From Thermoplasmata archaeon (GTDB lineage Archaea; Thermoplasmatota; Thermoplasmata; GCA-020350865), in NCBI GenBank assembly GCA_020348445.1, contig CP070751.1, positions 5,049,187-5,113,186 on the forward strand: 64,000 nucleotides of DNA, read 5' to 3'. The translations under genes were made by a program, and so were the position numbers. The notes beneath the pieces were generated by a model. That model did no database searches. It saw nothing but the letters and a program-made list of their open reading frames with translations, and was not told the DNA's origin. Shown in pieces: positions 10,064-18,694 of this stretch (positions are counted from its first letter, which is position 1; the number at the start of each line of letters is the position of its first letter).

Positions 10064-12460
10064 ATGACCCCAGGGGTCGGACGATCAGATATTCCTGAGC
10101 TTAGGGAATTCCTTGACAAACTTCCAAAAAAACCATGCCCGTCCAAGCTTCCGGAAGAATACTGCAAGATGTGCAGAAGATTGAACAGTGAGGTGGCCAA
10201 ATACTGTGAAACCAAAATACTGCCTCCAAAACCTCCCGAGGAGCCTCTAGAACTAAGAATCGAGCCCGAAGAGGAGGAAGAGGAATTATTGGAACCAAGA
10301 CAAACTGGTAGAACCTCACCCATCTTGGAGAGACCCAAATTCAGGGAAGGGGAAACCTCTTTGGAGTTCGCTACATCGGAAAAGAGCATCGAGGAACTTA
10401 GAAGATCCCTTCCGAGATTCATACCTGTGCAAAAAGGACCAAGGGCTTTTAAACCACTTGAGGAACCAGGTGAGGAGGAATTTGAAACCTTTGCTCTGGA
10501 AAAACCATCCATCTTCAGAAGTCCACAATCGCTCACCGAGGCTGAGGAGGAAATGTTCTTCACCCTGGCTGCCGAGGAGGGGGCAGTGGAGGTGGTACCT
10601 CTGGAAATTGGAAGTGAAGCCACCATTGCCTCGGAGACCATCTATGACGACACAGATGGTGTTGTTGAGATTGTGGAGATCTCAGATGAATCTGGGGCCA
10701 TGGAATTCGAGGAGGAACCTGCATTTTTCCAGTTCATAGAGGATGAGGATGAAGGGGAGATAGTGGAGGCTGAGATCGTTGAAGCTGAGGTAGTGGAAGA
10801 GGGGGACATATCCCCTGAACTCTCCATCGGGGATGGTTTTGAAGAGACCGAAAAAAGCATCGAGGCTCTGGCAGACGAGATTTCGGGATTAACCGAGGGT
10901 TTGGAAGCAGATGAAGAAAAATTCGCATTCAAAACTGAACCAGGACTCGAGGAGGAGGCTCCTCCTGCTGCTGAGATCTTAGGACCTGTCGAGGAGGTTC
11001 AGGTCGAGGCTCCAGTTGCCGAATTCATTGGCCCAGTAAAGGGAATACAAGATGTGACCCCTCCAGTCGCTGAACAAGTAGAACCCTCAGAGGACATTCT
11101 TGATGAAATTCCTCCAACTGCTGAGCCAGTAGAACCTTCAGAGGGCGCTCTTGATGAGGTTCCTCCTGCTGCTGAATCCATAGAATCCACCGAGGAAATT
11201 TATGATGAAGCTCCTCCTGTTGCTGAGCCAGTAGAACCTGCTGAGGAATTCCAAGACGAAGTTCCCCCTGCTGCCGAACCTGTAAGTCCACCCCCGACAA
11301 TTCAACCACTCCCCACTGCAGCTCCCGTCGAACCTCCTAAAAAGAAGAAAAGCAAATTTAAATTGAAGCTAAAGAAGAAAAAGAAGGGTAAAAAGCTTAA
11401 AGAACCAGAACCAGCAGAGATAGCTCCTGTACCATATGCTGAGCCTTCAGAACCAGAGCCCGCTGATTTCGCCAAGGAACCAGAACAAGATACTATCCCC
11501 ACGCCACAAGAGGAGCAACTCCCAGAGGAAGACTTGGGATTCAAGATGGAAGCTGATACAGAGTTTAAACCTGCAGGAATTACTACACTTGAGGATCAAG
11601 AAGAAGAACCTCTATCGGAGTTACCAGAAGAGGTAGCAATAGCTCCTGAAGAGGAAATCACCCCCGAAAAGGAAACAAGCGATCTTTTCATGTGTCCCTC
11701 CTGTGGTGCTTTCATTAGTTCTACTGCAACCGTATGTCCCACATGTGGTTTTGATTTCGAGGCTGAAGAGGGGGCTGAAGAGCCGTCGCAAGAACCTACT
11801 ATCGAGGATATAGATCTTCTCCCAGAGGAAGAGATTGAGCCACAAGAAGAAATACAACCTCAGGAAGAGGTCCCCACTGAAGAATCATATGAAGAGGAAG
11901 CGGAGTTAAGATTAGAAGAAGAAATACAACAAATAGTAGAAACCTTCACAGAGGAACCACCACTTGAGGAGACTGAGCCTGAACCACCAGAGGAAGTTCT
12001 TGAGTCTGAAATGGAGCCTGAGCTTGCTGAAGAGGTACAACCACAACAGGAAATATTCACAGAGGAGCAACTTGTTGAGGAAACCGAACTTCAACCTGAT
12101 GAGGAATTAAAACCGCAAGAGGAAGCTTTAGAATTTGAGATGGAGCCCGAGCCTATCGAGGAAATACCCACAGAAGAACCTTTTGAGTCTGAGATGGAAC
12201 CTGAGCCCACCGAAGAAATACAGCCACAAGAGGAATTACCTGCTGAGGAGCCATCGGTCGAGGAAGAGGCTGAGCTTAAACACGATGAGGAACTAATGCC
12301 GGAAGGGGAAGCTTTCGAATTTGAAATGGAGCCTGAGCCTGGTGAAGAACTAAAACCATCTGAGGAACCTTCTGAAGAAGATGTTAAAAAGCCAAAAACA
12401 AAGAAGATAAAGCTCAAGAAAAAGAAGAAAATGAAGATGAAGAAGCTCAAGAAAAAATAG
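10064..12460 (+). CDS. Very acidic Glu/Pro-rich low-complexity protein with an N-terminal Cys cluster, a central zinc ribbon and two Lys-rich patches
   Basis: CPSK..EYCKMC..YC at the N-terminus; CPSCG..ISSTATVCPTCG; KKKKSKFKLKLKKKKK and C-terminal KKIKLKKKKKMKMKKLKKK; long uninterrupted frame. Confidence 0.75.
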   Translation: MTPGVGRSDIPELREFLDKLPKKPCPSKLPEEYCKMCRRLNSEVAKYCETKILPPKPPEEPLELRIEPEEEEEELLEPRQTGRTSPILERPKFREGETSLEFATSEKSIEELRRSLPRFIPVQKGPRAFKPLEEPGEEEFETFALEKPSIFRSPQSLTEAEEEMFFTLAAEEGAVEVVPLEIGSEATIASETIYDDTDGVVEIVEISDESGAMEFEEEPAFFQFIEDEDEGEIVEAEIVEAEVVEEGDISPELSIGDGFEETEKSIEALADEISGLTEGLEADEEKFAFKTEPGLEEEAPPAAEILGPVEEVQVEAPVAEFIGPVKGIQDVTPPVAEQVEPSEDILDEIPPTAEPVEPSEGALDEVPPAAESIESTEEIYDEAPPVAEPVEPAEEFQDEVPPAAEPVSPPPTIQPLPTAAPVEPPKKKKSKFKLKLKKKKKGKKLKEPEPAEIAPVPYAEPSEPEPADFAKEPEQDTIPTPQEEQLPEEDLGFKMEADTEFKPAGITTLEDQEEEPLSELPEEVAIAPEEEITPEKETSDLFMCPSCGAFISSTATVCPTCGFDFEAEEGAEEPSQEPTIEDIDLLPEEEIEPQEEIQPQEEVPTEESYEEEAELRLEEEIQQIVETFTEEPPLEETEPEPPEEVLESEMEPELAEEVQPQQEIFTEEQLVEETELQPDEELKPQEEALEFEMEPEPIEEIPTEEPFESEMEPEPTEEIQPQEELPAEEPSVEEEAELKHDEELMPEGEAFEFEMEPEPGEELKPSEEPSEEDVKKPKTKKIKLKKKKKMKMKKLKKK
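10955..11285 (+). repeat. Coding tandem repeat, about six or seven units of about 17 aa (51 bp): PPxAExxEPxExxxDEx
   Basis: PPVAEQVEPSEDILDEI / PPTAEPVEPSEGALDEV / PPAAESIESTEEIYDEA / PPVAEPVEPAEEFQDEV read directly from the translation. Confidence 0.8.
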
Positions 12461-12662
12461 GCTCAAATTCGATAAGTGGCATTTGGATCAATTTTTGAAT
12501 ATCACTACGATTTTCTGGTTATAATCATAGTTTCTTGATTTCGTAATTGTTCAGGTTGTGGTCTTCAATCCAGTGCATGGACATGTAAATGAGCTCCTTA
12601 ATCCCCTTTGTACAAACAATAATTTACATAAACACCTAATTCATTCCCTACTCCAATAGAAC

Positions 12663-12766
12663 GCCCGAGTGATGTAGCTTGGATATCATAGAAGCCTGCG
12701 GAGCTTCCTACCCGGGTTCAAATGTTCCTCTCTAACGGAGGGAGCCTGAAAATCCCGGCTCGGGCG
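12663..12766 (+). tRNA. tRNA-Arg(GCG) with a 30-nt intron in the T-loop (59/60; 12723-12752)
   Basis: Acceptor GCCCGAG/CTCGGGC; anticodon arm GAAGC-CT GCG GA-GCTTC; T stem CCGGG/CCCGG. Removing 12723-12752 restores TTCAAAT. The junction forms a TTCA/TGAA 4-bp helix with an AAT bulge and an AAT/C internal loop (relaxed BHB). Confidence 0.9.
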
Positions 12767-12960
12767 CTTCTTATATTATAATACCATTGATTTGAATACG
12801 TGGAACCTTACGGTTCCACTGGCGCGAAAAATCATTACTTTTCGCATCCCGGCTCGGGCGCTTCTTAATTTCTAATTCCATTGGCCTGAATACGTGGAAC
12901 CTTACGGTTCCACTGGCGCGAAAAATCATTACTTTTCGCATCCCGGCTCGGGCGCTTCTT
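12752..12960 (+). repeat. tRNA-Arg 3'-end-linked tandem repeat, 94-bp period (three copies of ATCCCGGCTCGGGCGCTTCTT)
   Basis: 12793-12866 and 12887-12960 are identical 74-mers, each with hairpins GTGGAACC/GGTTCCAC and GCGAAAA/TTTTCGC. Confidence 0.9.
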
Positions 12961-14903
12961 TATATTTTTCCTTCAGGTACACCCACTGTTCTTACAACCT
13001 TAACGTCCCCAGGTGGAAGAATTCTCTGCACTTCCTCCTGGTCCACCTGGAAAATCTCGCACAGCTTCCGTATGAAGGTGCTTTTCTTCATATCGCCAGG
13101 TTCAAAGATCACGAAAATCTTACACTGCGATTCTATTGCTGAGACAGGTGCGCACATGACCTTTTCCGAGCCTTCGTAATGCACCTTCCCTATCCCCAGT
13201 CTCATTTCGATATCTGTTATAAGATTTCTTTTACCCCTCACCATGAAGGCCCCTCTGGCAAGGAATTCACCAGAAGGGGGAGTCTTACTTACCTGATCGG
13301 GAAGGACCCAATAGGCTGTCCCTGAACCGATTTTGGCGTTCCACGCCTTGGAGTGACTGAACGCAAATTCACAGGCCTCCTTGAGAGTCTGCTCAGAAAT
13401 CTCCCCTTCCTTGTTCTTGACAACAACGCTGGGTGCCCCATGGATTTCTGCATGCGCGTATCTGTCCTTGTCTGAAAGATATTTCTTCACGACCTTATCG
13501 TTGGTCTTGGCATCCCTTCCAGCAATTACGATGTTGCCGTCGCTTGAGATGAACCATTTGTACTTTTCGAACCAAATAGGCTTCGTCTGTCTTTTGGCCT
13601 TCTTCTTTTTCTTTTCTTTTTCCACGTCCATTCTCGCCAATTTTTTCTTGGTATCCTCAAGCGATTTTTTTGCCCCTTCCAGTTTTTCCTTGGCTTTTTT
13701 GGCTCTGTCGTAATAAATGCCTGCATTCTCCTCGATGGATTTTTTAAAATTTAATGTGATCTCTATTTCCTTTCCTTTTTCGTCGCAAAGGCTCAGGATT
13801 ACCTCATTTTTTTCAGGATCCATTGCTTTAAATGGGCTCGTCTTTTTAAGGTGGTTGGTCAATTCTGTAATGTCCTTATCCTTAATTCCTTCTCTTAAAA
13901 CGTCAAAAACTTTTTCGCACTCAGAATAGTTGCTGTAGATCAGCTCAGCTATTTTTTTATACTGCTTTTTCTTTTCTTTCTGATTTGATACTGCTTTTTT
14001 TTGCTGGGCCAATTGTCGTTCTAACTTACCTTTGAAATCCTCGTAATCCACGTCCTCAGGTTCCTCTTCTTTTTTGATCGTAAAATATTTTTCAATGGTC
14101 ATACTAAGGTTTTCAAATTTCTCAGACTTATTATCTTTGTAGCCTTCCAGTTCAAATGGCATGATGTCCTTTGGGATATCCCCCTCAAAAATCATAAGGC
14201 CCCCTATTGAACTGCTAAGGGAATCCACAAGTTTCTTTGTTGCCTCATAAGTTTTTTCTACCTCTTCACGGGTTAAATCTGCGGCTTTCTTTTCCTTTTC
14301 AATTCCAGATAAAAGGCAAACCTCTTCGGCATATTTACCTCCAAGATTGACATCCATTGCCAAGGTCCTAACTACGTCCTTCTTTGATGTATCCAATATT
14401 TTCTCAAAGCCGTCCAAATCCAGTTTTCTTACATCCTGCCTTAAAGGAGGGAAAACATACTCCCTTTTCGCTCTTACTTCCCTGTGGCTCCAGGATTTTG
14501 GAATTAAGGGCTGTATTATCCTGCCATCTTGGACCAATACAACATTTCCCTCCCCAAACAACTCACATATAAGCTGGTAACTCTCGGCTCTCTCGATATG
14601 GAAGATGATTATCCTGTCAAATCCATGCTGCTCTATCTTCGAAATCTTTCCGTTGCTGAGATGCTTTCTTAAGAGCATGGCAAAGGAAGAGGGGGTTTTC
14701 GGAGTTTCCTGGGATTGGGAGGCAAGAAAAAGCCATTTCCCCAAAACGATTACGAGGTCTTTTTTTCCCTCCTCTGGAACGCGGATGCGCAAAAGTAGTC
14801 TATCCCTGGCTGGCTGATAGGCCTTGTCAATGCGGCCTCCGACTAAGCACTGCAGTTCATTGACCATTGCAGCTATATCGAAACTTGACATTCCATTTTT
14901 CAT
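12960..14903 (-). CDS. rqcH: Ribosome rescue protein RqcH (NFACT/Rqc2/NEMF homolog)
   Basis: MSSFDI..MVNELQ..GGRIDKAYQ, FAMLLRKHL, FDRII, ELFGEGNVVL; NFACT-R domain WFEKYKWFISSDG...GRDAKTND...HAEIHGAP...GAFMVRGKRN. Confidence 0.95.
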   Translation of the reverse strand: MKNGMSSFDIAAMVNELQCLVGGRIDKAYQPARDRLLLRIRVPEEGKKDLVIVLGKWLFLASQSQETPKTPSSFAMLLRKHLSNGKISKIEQHGFDRIIIFHIERAESYQLICELFGEGNVVLVQDGRIIQPLIPKSWSHREVRAKREYVFPPLRQDVRKLDLDGFEKILDTSKKDVVRTLAMDVNLGGKYAEEVCLLSGIEKEKKAADLTREEVEKTYEATKKLVDSLSSSIGGLMIFEGDIPKDIMPFELEGYKDNKSEKFENLSMTIEKYFTIKKEEEPEDVDYEDFKGKLERQLAQQKKAVSNQKEKKKQYKKIAELIYSNYSECEKVFDVLREGIKDKDITELTNHLKKTSPFKAMDPEKNEVILSLCDEKGKEIEITLNFKKSIEENAGIYYDRAKKAKEKLEGAKKSLEDTKKKLARMDVEKEKKKKKAKRQTKPIWFEKYKWFISSDGNIVIAGRDAKTNDKVVKKYLSDKDRYAHAEIHGAPSVVVKNKEGEISEQTLKEACEFAFSHSKAWNAKIGSGTAYWVLPDQVSKTPPSGEFLARGAFMVRGKRNLITDIEMRLGIGKVHYEGSEKVMCAPVSAIESQCKIFVIFEPGDMKKSTFIRKLCEIFQVDQEEVQRILPPGDVKVVRTVGVPEGKI

Positions 14904-15011
14904 TGGGAGGGTTATAGGACTTGCTCATATAAAAATCAATTACATAGATGCGGAAATCTTAAGTAATTCGAGTGACATATATATTTTAACGCGAATCTAG
15001 GGGGGTAATAA

Positions 15012-16823
15012 ATGAAACCAAGAAATGCAAAAATATTGTGCATTTTGATATTCATAATAATGGTGGTTCCCACATTTGTATCAAATATACCATCGATACA
15101 AAAAACAGTAGCAATTGAATTGGACAGTTACCCCATAAAAGAGGATGAGACATTTGTCAACCCACAAGCACAAGATCATAGAACAAAAGCAGAATCCGGG
15201 AATGGAACCATTTTCAATAATGCAATGCCCACAGATATCATAAACATGTCTGGATATTATACAATAGGCGTAACATTTGAGGTGAACCAAGACTGCTTGA
15301 TCTATGAACTTGGGATCTTCTATTCATCTTGGTATAACGATGTTTACAATATCCGTTTATGGGAGGGAAACTTCCTTAAATATCAAAAAAATTACCCACT
15401 TCATTTAGGTTATGATAAATGGGGATGGTACAATACTTCAGCCCCAATTTCTCTTTACCCAGGAAATACATATACAATAAGTGCATATCTTAATTCTACA
15501 GGTTTTATTCCACTTATAAAAAATCCAGGTCCAACTCCAGATGGAGTGGTAGATCCTGGTGATTTTGTATGGAGTAAAACTAATAGCCGCCCTACAATAA
15601 ATAATGGAAGCTCACCTCTTCCTATGGTAGATTTAAAATATTCATTCATGGTTTATCCAAGTCCTGATATTATAGTCCCAGATGATTATACAACAATCCA
15701 AGAAGCTATTGACGCTGCCAATCCCGGGGATGAAATCTATGTTCGTGAAAATCCCATCCCTTATAATGAGGAACTGATCATTAACAAAACAGTAACCTTG
15801 GTTGGACAGGATATGTATACCACCATTATCAATGCCAGTGGAATTGTGGATGGGAGTGGTACCGTTATTCATATAACTGCTAATGACGTGTTAATCCAAG
15901 GATTTACTGTAACAGGGGGAGATTGTGGCATTTATTGCGACAACACAAATTGGACTAAAATTGGATACTGCACGATATCAAAAAACAATGATTATGGAAT
16001 CTATATGGATACTACTAATAACGACATCATTGAATCAAACATCATTTCTAATAACAACCTCGACTCAGATTCTGAGGGATTTGGTATTTATGCCTTAGAT
16101 TCCAGTGCAAAGGGTGTCTGGGGCAACACTATATCATACAACGAGGTAGGTGTGAAAATAATAGATTCGTGGCTTTGGGCCTGTTTGAATTGGAATACGT
16201 TTGTGGGTAATAACATAGCTGTTGATTACGACCCAGAGCCATTGGAGATAGATAGCAATGTTTTTATCGATAATACTATCGCAATAAAGATTTCAGGTGA
16301 TGACTCCCTCTTGATAATAACAAACAACTCTATATCTGGCAGTGAAATCGGAATTTTTATAGAAACCGGCTCCCCGGTAATCGAAGGCAACATATTTACT
16401 GACAACGAGTATGGAATCTACTATTTAGGGGGATCGACTCCCATAATCTCCAATAATACGTTTTCGAATAACGTTATTGACATCTACAGCATTATTTTAG
16501 CGGATCTGGATGTGGACCCAGACACCCTCAACCTCAAGTCAAATGGCAGGTGGGTTACGGCCTATATTATACTACCTGAAGGTATGGATGCGAGTGATAT
16601 CGATTTCGACACCATATCCTTGGGGGATGGTACATTTGAGGTGGGTGGAGAATACGGAGAATTTAATAGCAATGTATGTATGGCAAAATTCGACAGAAGC
16701 GAGTTGGAGGATCAGATAGGGTCTCCAAACGAAGCTCTTGAGCTTATAGTCACTGGAGAATTAAAAGATGGAACCCCACTTAGGGGGAGTGATACAATTA
16801 GGGTGATTTGCCCAGGACGTTAA
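15012..16823 (+). CDS. Secreted right-handed beta-helix (NosD/pectin-lyase-like) protein with an N-terminal beta-sandwich and a C-terminal Ig-like domain
   Basis: Signal peptide; IIVPDDYTTIQEAIDAANPGDEIYV...YNEELIINKTVTLVG followed by Asn-ladder repeats; C-terminal DVDPDTLNLKSNGRWVTAYI domain. Confidence 0.8.
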   Translation: MKPRNAKILCILIFIIMVVPTFVSNIPSIQKTVAIELDSYPIKEDETFVNPQAQDHRTKAESGNGTIFNNAMPTDIINMSGYYTIGVTFEVNQDCLIYELGIFYSSWYNDVYNIRLWEGNFLKYQKNYPLHLGYDKWGWYNTSAPISLYPGNTYTISAYLNSTGFIPLIKNPGPTPDGVVDPGDFVWSKTNSRPTINNGSSPLPMVDLKYSFMVYPSPDIIVPDDYTTIQEAIDAANPGDEIYVRENPIPYNEELIINKTVTLVGQDMYTTIINASGIVDGSGTVIHITANDVLIQGFTVTGGDCGIYCDNTNWTKIGYCTISKNNDYGIYMDTTNNDIIESNIISNNNLDSDSEGFGIYALDSSAKGVWGNTISYNEVGVKIIDSWLWACLNWNTFVGNNIAVDYDPEPLEIDSNVFIDNTIAIKISGDDSLLIITNNSISGSEIGIFIETGSPVIEGNIFTDNEYGIYYLGGSTPIISNNTFSNNVIDIYSIILADLDVDPDTLNLKSNGRWVTAYIILPEGMDASDIDFDTISLGDGTFEVGGEYGEFNSNVCMAKFDRSELEDQIGSPNEALELIVTGELKDGTPLRGSDTIRVICPGR

Positions 16824-17569
16824 TAGATGTCACATACCGGGATTTTTTCAATGTAGTTTACGATCCCATCTCTATAAAGAAATTTTATGGGATGAACCTC
16901 AACTTTTGCATCCAAAGCAGAATAAAAAGTTCTTGAAAATTCTGGGTCTGTCTCAGCATGTGGAGCAAAACATTTTGCATCTGGCCTGAACACTAGGATC
17001 ACAATTGCGGATTCTGCACCCTTTTCTTTGGCTTCAATTAAATGCTGTAAGTGTCTAGCTCCCCGTTTTGTAGGTGCATCAGGAAACAAAGCGACTCCAT
17101 CCACAGCCAGTGTACAGCCCTTCACCTCCACCCAAATCTTTTTCCCGTTTTTTCTGGTCAACAGGAAGTCCAGCCTGCTTTCTCCAAATTTAACCTCAAG
17201 TTCAATATTTTTGATCTTTCCGAAGGGACTCACAGTTTTGTTCTTGATGACCCACTGTGCAATATCACTATGATAACTGGAATGAACAAGAATCCATTCA
17301 TTTTCATATGAGGCGGCTATGATATCCCATGCTGTCTTGCGGTTCGGGTTGGTGGCCTTTTTTAGAAGCACCTGATTACCAGGGTAAAGCAGCTCTTTTA
17401 GTCTTCCAGGATCATGCACATGAACCTTTACAGCCTTGCCTTTATCTTTTTTAGGACCCGTTATATCCACTATTCCCAGGAACCTGTTGGGCCGTAATCT
17501 GAACGATCCTTTGGCATCCCAGGCTATCTCCATGACTGGAATAGCCATCTTGTTGTTCTCCTTTTTCAT
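16820..17569 (-). CDS. sfsA: DNA/RNA nuclease SfsA
   Basis: RPNRFL, VHVHDPGRLKELL, GESRLDFLL, VEVKGCTL, FPDAPTKRGARHLQHL. The start could be the second Met (MAIPVME). Confidence 0.93.
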   Translation of the reverse strand: MKKENNKMAIPVMEIAWDAKGSFRLRPNRFLGIVDITGPKKDKGKAVKVHVHDPGRLKELLYPGNQVLLKKATNPNRKTAWDIIAASYENEWILVHSSYHSDIAQWVIKNKTVSPFGKIKNIELEVKFGESRLDFLLTRKNGKKIWVEVKGCTLAVDGVALFPDAPTKRGARHLQHLIEAKEKGAESAIVILVFRPDAKCFAPHAETDPEFSRTFYSALDAKVEVHPIKFLYRDGIVNYIEKIPVCDIY

Positions 17570-17632
17570 ACATAACCGCTTCCCCTATAAAAACCTATAA
17601 GAACAAAGAGGAATATTGCGGATAACACACAT

Positions 17633-17736
17633 GCCACTGTGGCTTAGAGGTACACAAGGAGTCTTTTGAATCCTGTGCTCTAAATAGCGATTCCTTGGTA
17701 AGGAATAGGTCGGGGGTTCAATTCCCCCCAGTGGCT
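17633..17736 (+). tRNA. tRNA-Thr(GGU) with a 32-nt intron in the D-loop (20/21; 17652-17683)
   Basis: Acceptor GCCACTG/CAGTGGC, U73; anticodon arm ATTCC-TT GGT AA-GGAAT; T arm GGGGG TTCAATT CCCCC. BHB: AGAG/CTCT helix, GTA and AAA bulges, intron stem CAC(A)AGGA/TCCTGTG. Confidence 0.92.
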
Positions 17737-17925
17737 TAAATTTCAATCGCTTACATACGCCACTGTGTGTTTCGTCAATTTATGCTTTGATATAAATGAG
17801 GTCTTAAATTTGACGATTCCCCCCAGTGGCTTAAATTTCAATCGCTTACATACGCCACTGTATGTCTTGCCAAGTTATTTTCTTACATTGCTTGGGTCTT
17901 AAGCTTGGCAATTCCCCCCAATAGC
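17721..17925 (+). repeat. tRNA-Thr 3'-end-linked tandem repeat, 95-bp period
   Basis: ATTCCCCCCAGTGGC ends at 17735 and 17830, and a degenerate ATTCCCCCCAATAGC ends at 17925; each unit also carries GCCACTG (17759, 17854) and an internal stem. Confidence 0.88.
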
Positions 17926-17995
17926 TTTTTAGCAATTATTTTAATAAAGATGTTCGGATTAAGGGTAATCCCAAAAGTATAGATGAGGAACAATC

Positions 17996-18673
17996 ATGAG
18001 TGAAAAAGTGTTGCTTACTTGGAGTGGGGGTAAGGACAGTGCCCTTGCTCTGTATGAACTTCGGAATTATGATGATTATGAAGTAGCTGCCCTCCTCACA
18101 ACAATAACCAAAGATTACGACAGAATCAGCATGCACGGTATACGAAGCGAGCTTTTAGAAAGACAGGTTAATTCCTTAGGCCTTCCTTTAGAAAAGGTAT
18201 TCATAACAAAGAACACCACCAACGAGGAATATGAATCCATTATGAAGGAGGTTTTGCTAAAATATCATAAATTGGGTGTGAACGAAGTGGTGTTTGGCGA
18301 TATATTTCTTGAGGATATTAAAAGATACAGGGATGAAAACCTTTCAAGAATCGGTATGAAGGGAGTGTATCCGATATGGGGGAGGGACACTAAAGAACTT
18401 GCACATAATTTCATAGATTTGGGATTTTCCGCTATTGTCACATGCGTGGACTCAGAACTTCTTGCAGGGGATTTTGTGGGACGACAATATGACAGGGAAT
18501 TTCTTTCTGATCTTCCTGATTCAGTGGATCCATGCGGTGAGAATGGAGAGTTCCATACATTTGTTTATAAGGGCCCCGTATTCAAGGAGCCCATATCAAT
18601 TGAAAAAGGAGACACAGTTATAAGAGAGAATCGTTTTTACTTCTGTGAGTTATTACCAAAAAAAAGAGCTTAA
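17996..18673 (+). CDS. Diphthine--ammonia ligase (Dph6/MJ0570)-like PP-loop ATPase
   Basis: WSGGKDS PP-loop, SMHG, VVFGDIFLED, YPIWG, DPCGENGEFHTFV. Confidence 0.85.
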   Translation: MSEKVLLTWSGGKDSALALYELRNYDDYEVAALLTTITKDYDRISMHGIRSELLERQVNSLGLPLEKVFITKNTTNEEYESIMKEVLLKYHKLGVNEVVFGDIFLEDIKRYRDENLSRIGMKGVYPIWGRDTKELAHNFIDLGFSAIVTCVDSELLAGDFVGRQYDREFLSDLPDSVDPCGENGEFHTFVYKGPVFKEPISIEKGDTVIRENRFYFCELLPKKRA

Positions 18674-18694
18674 AGGATTGAGAAGGTGAAATGC

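Noticed and set aside
10036-12450. Ser-rich antisense ORFs over the acidic protein, and similar shadows over the other large genes
   Set aside because: They are reverse-frame by-products of GAA/GAG/GAT-rich coding sequence, with no SD or protein motifs.
12752-12960. CRISPR array interpretation of the tRNA-linked repeats (also 17721-17925 and 50945-51241)
   Set aside because: There are only two or three units, the repeats are tRNA 3' ends, the spacers are homologous rather than unique, and no cas genes are present.
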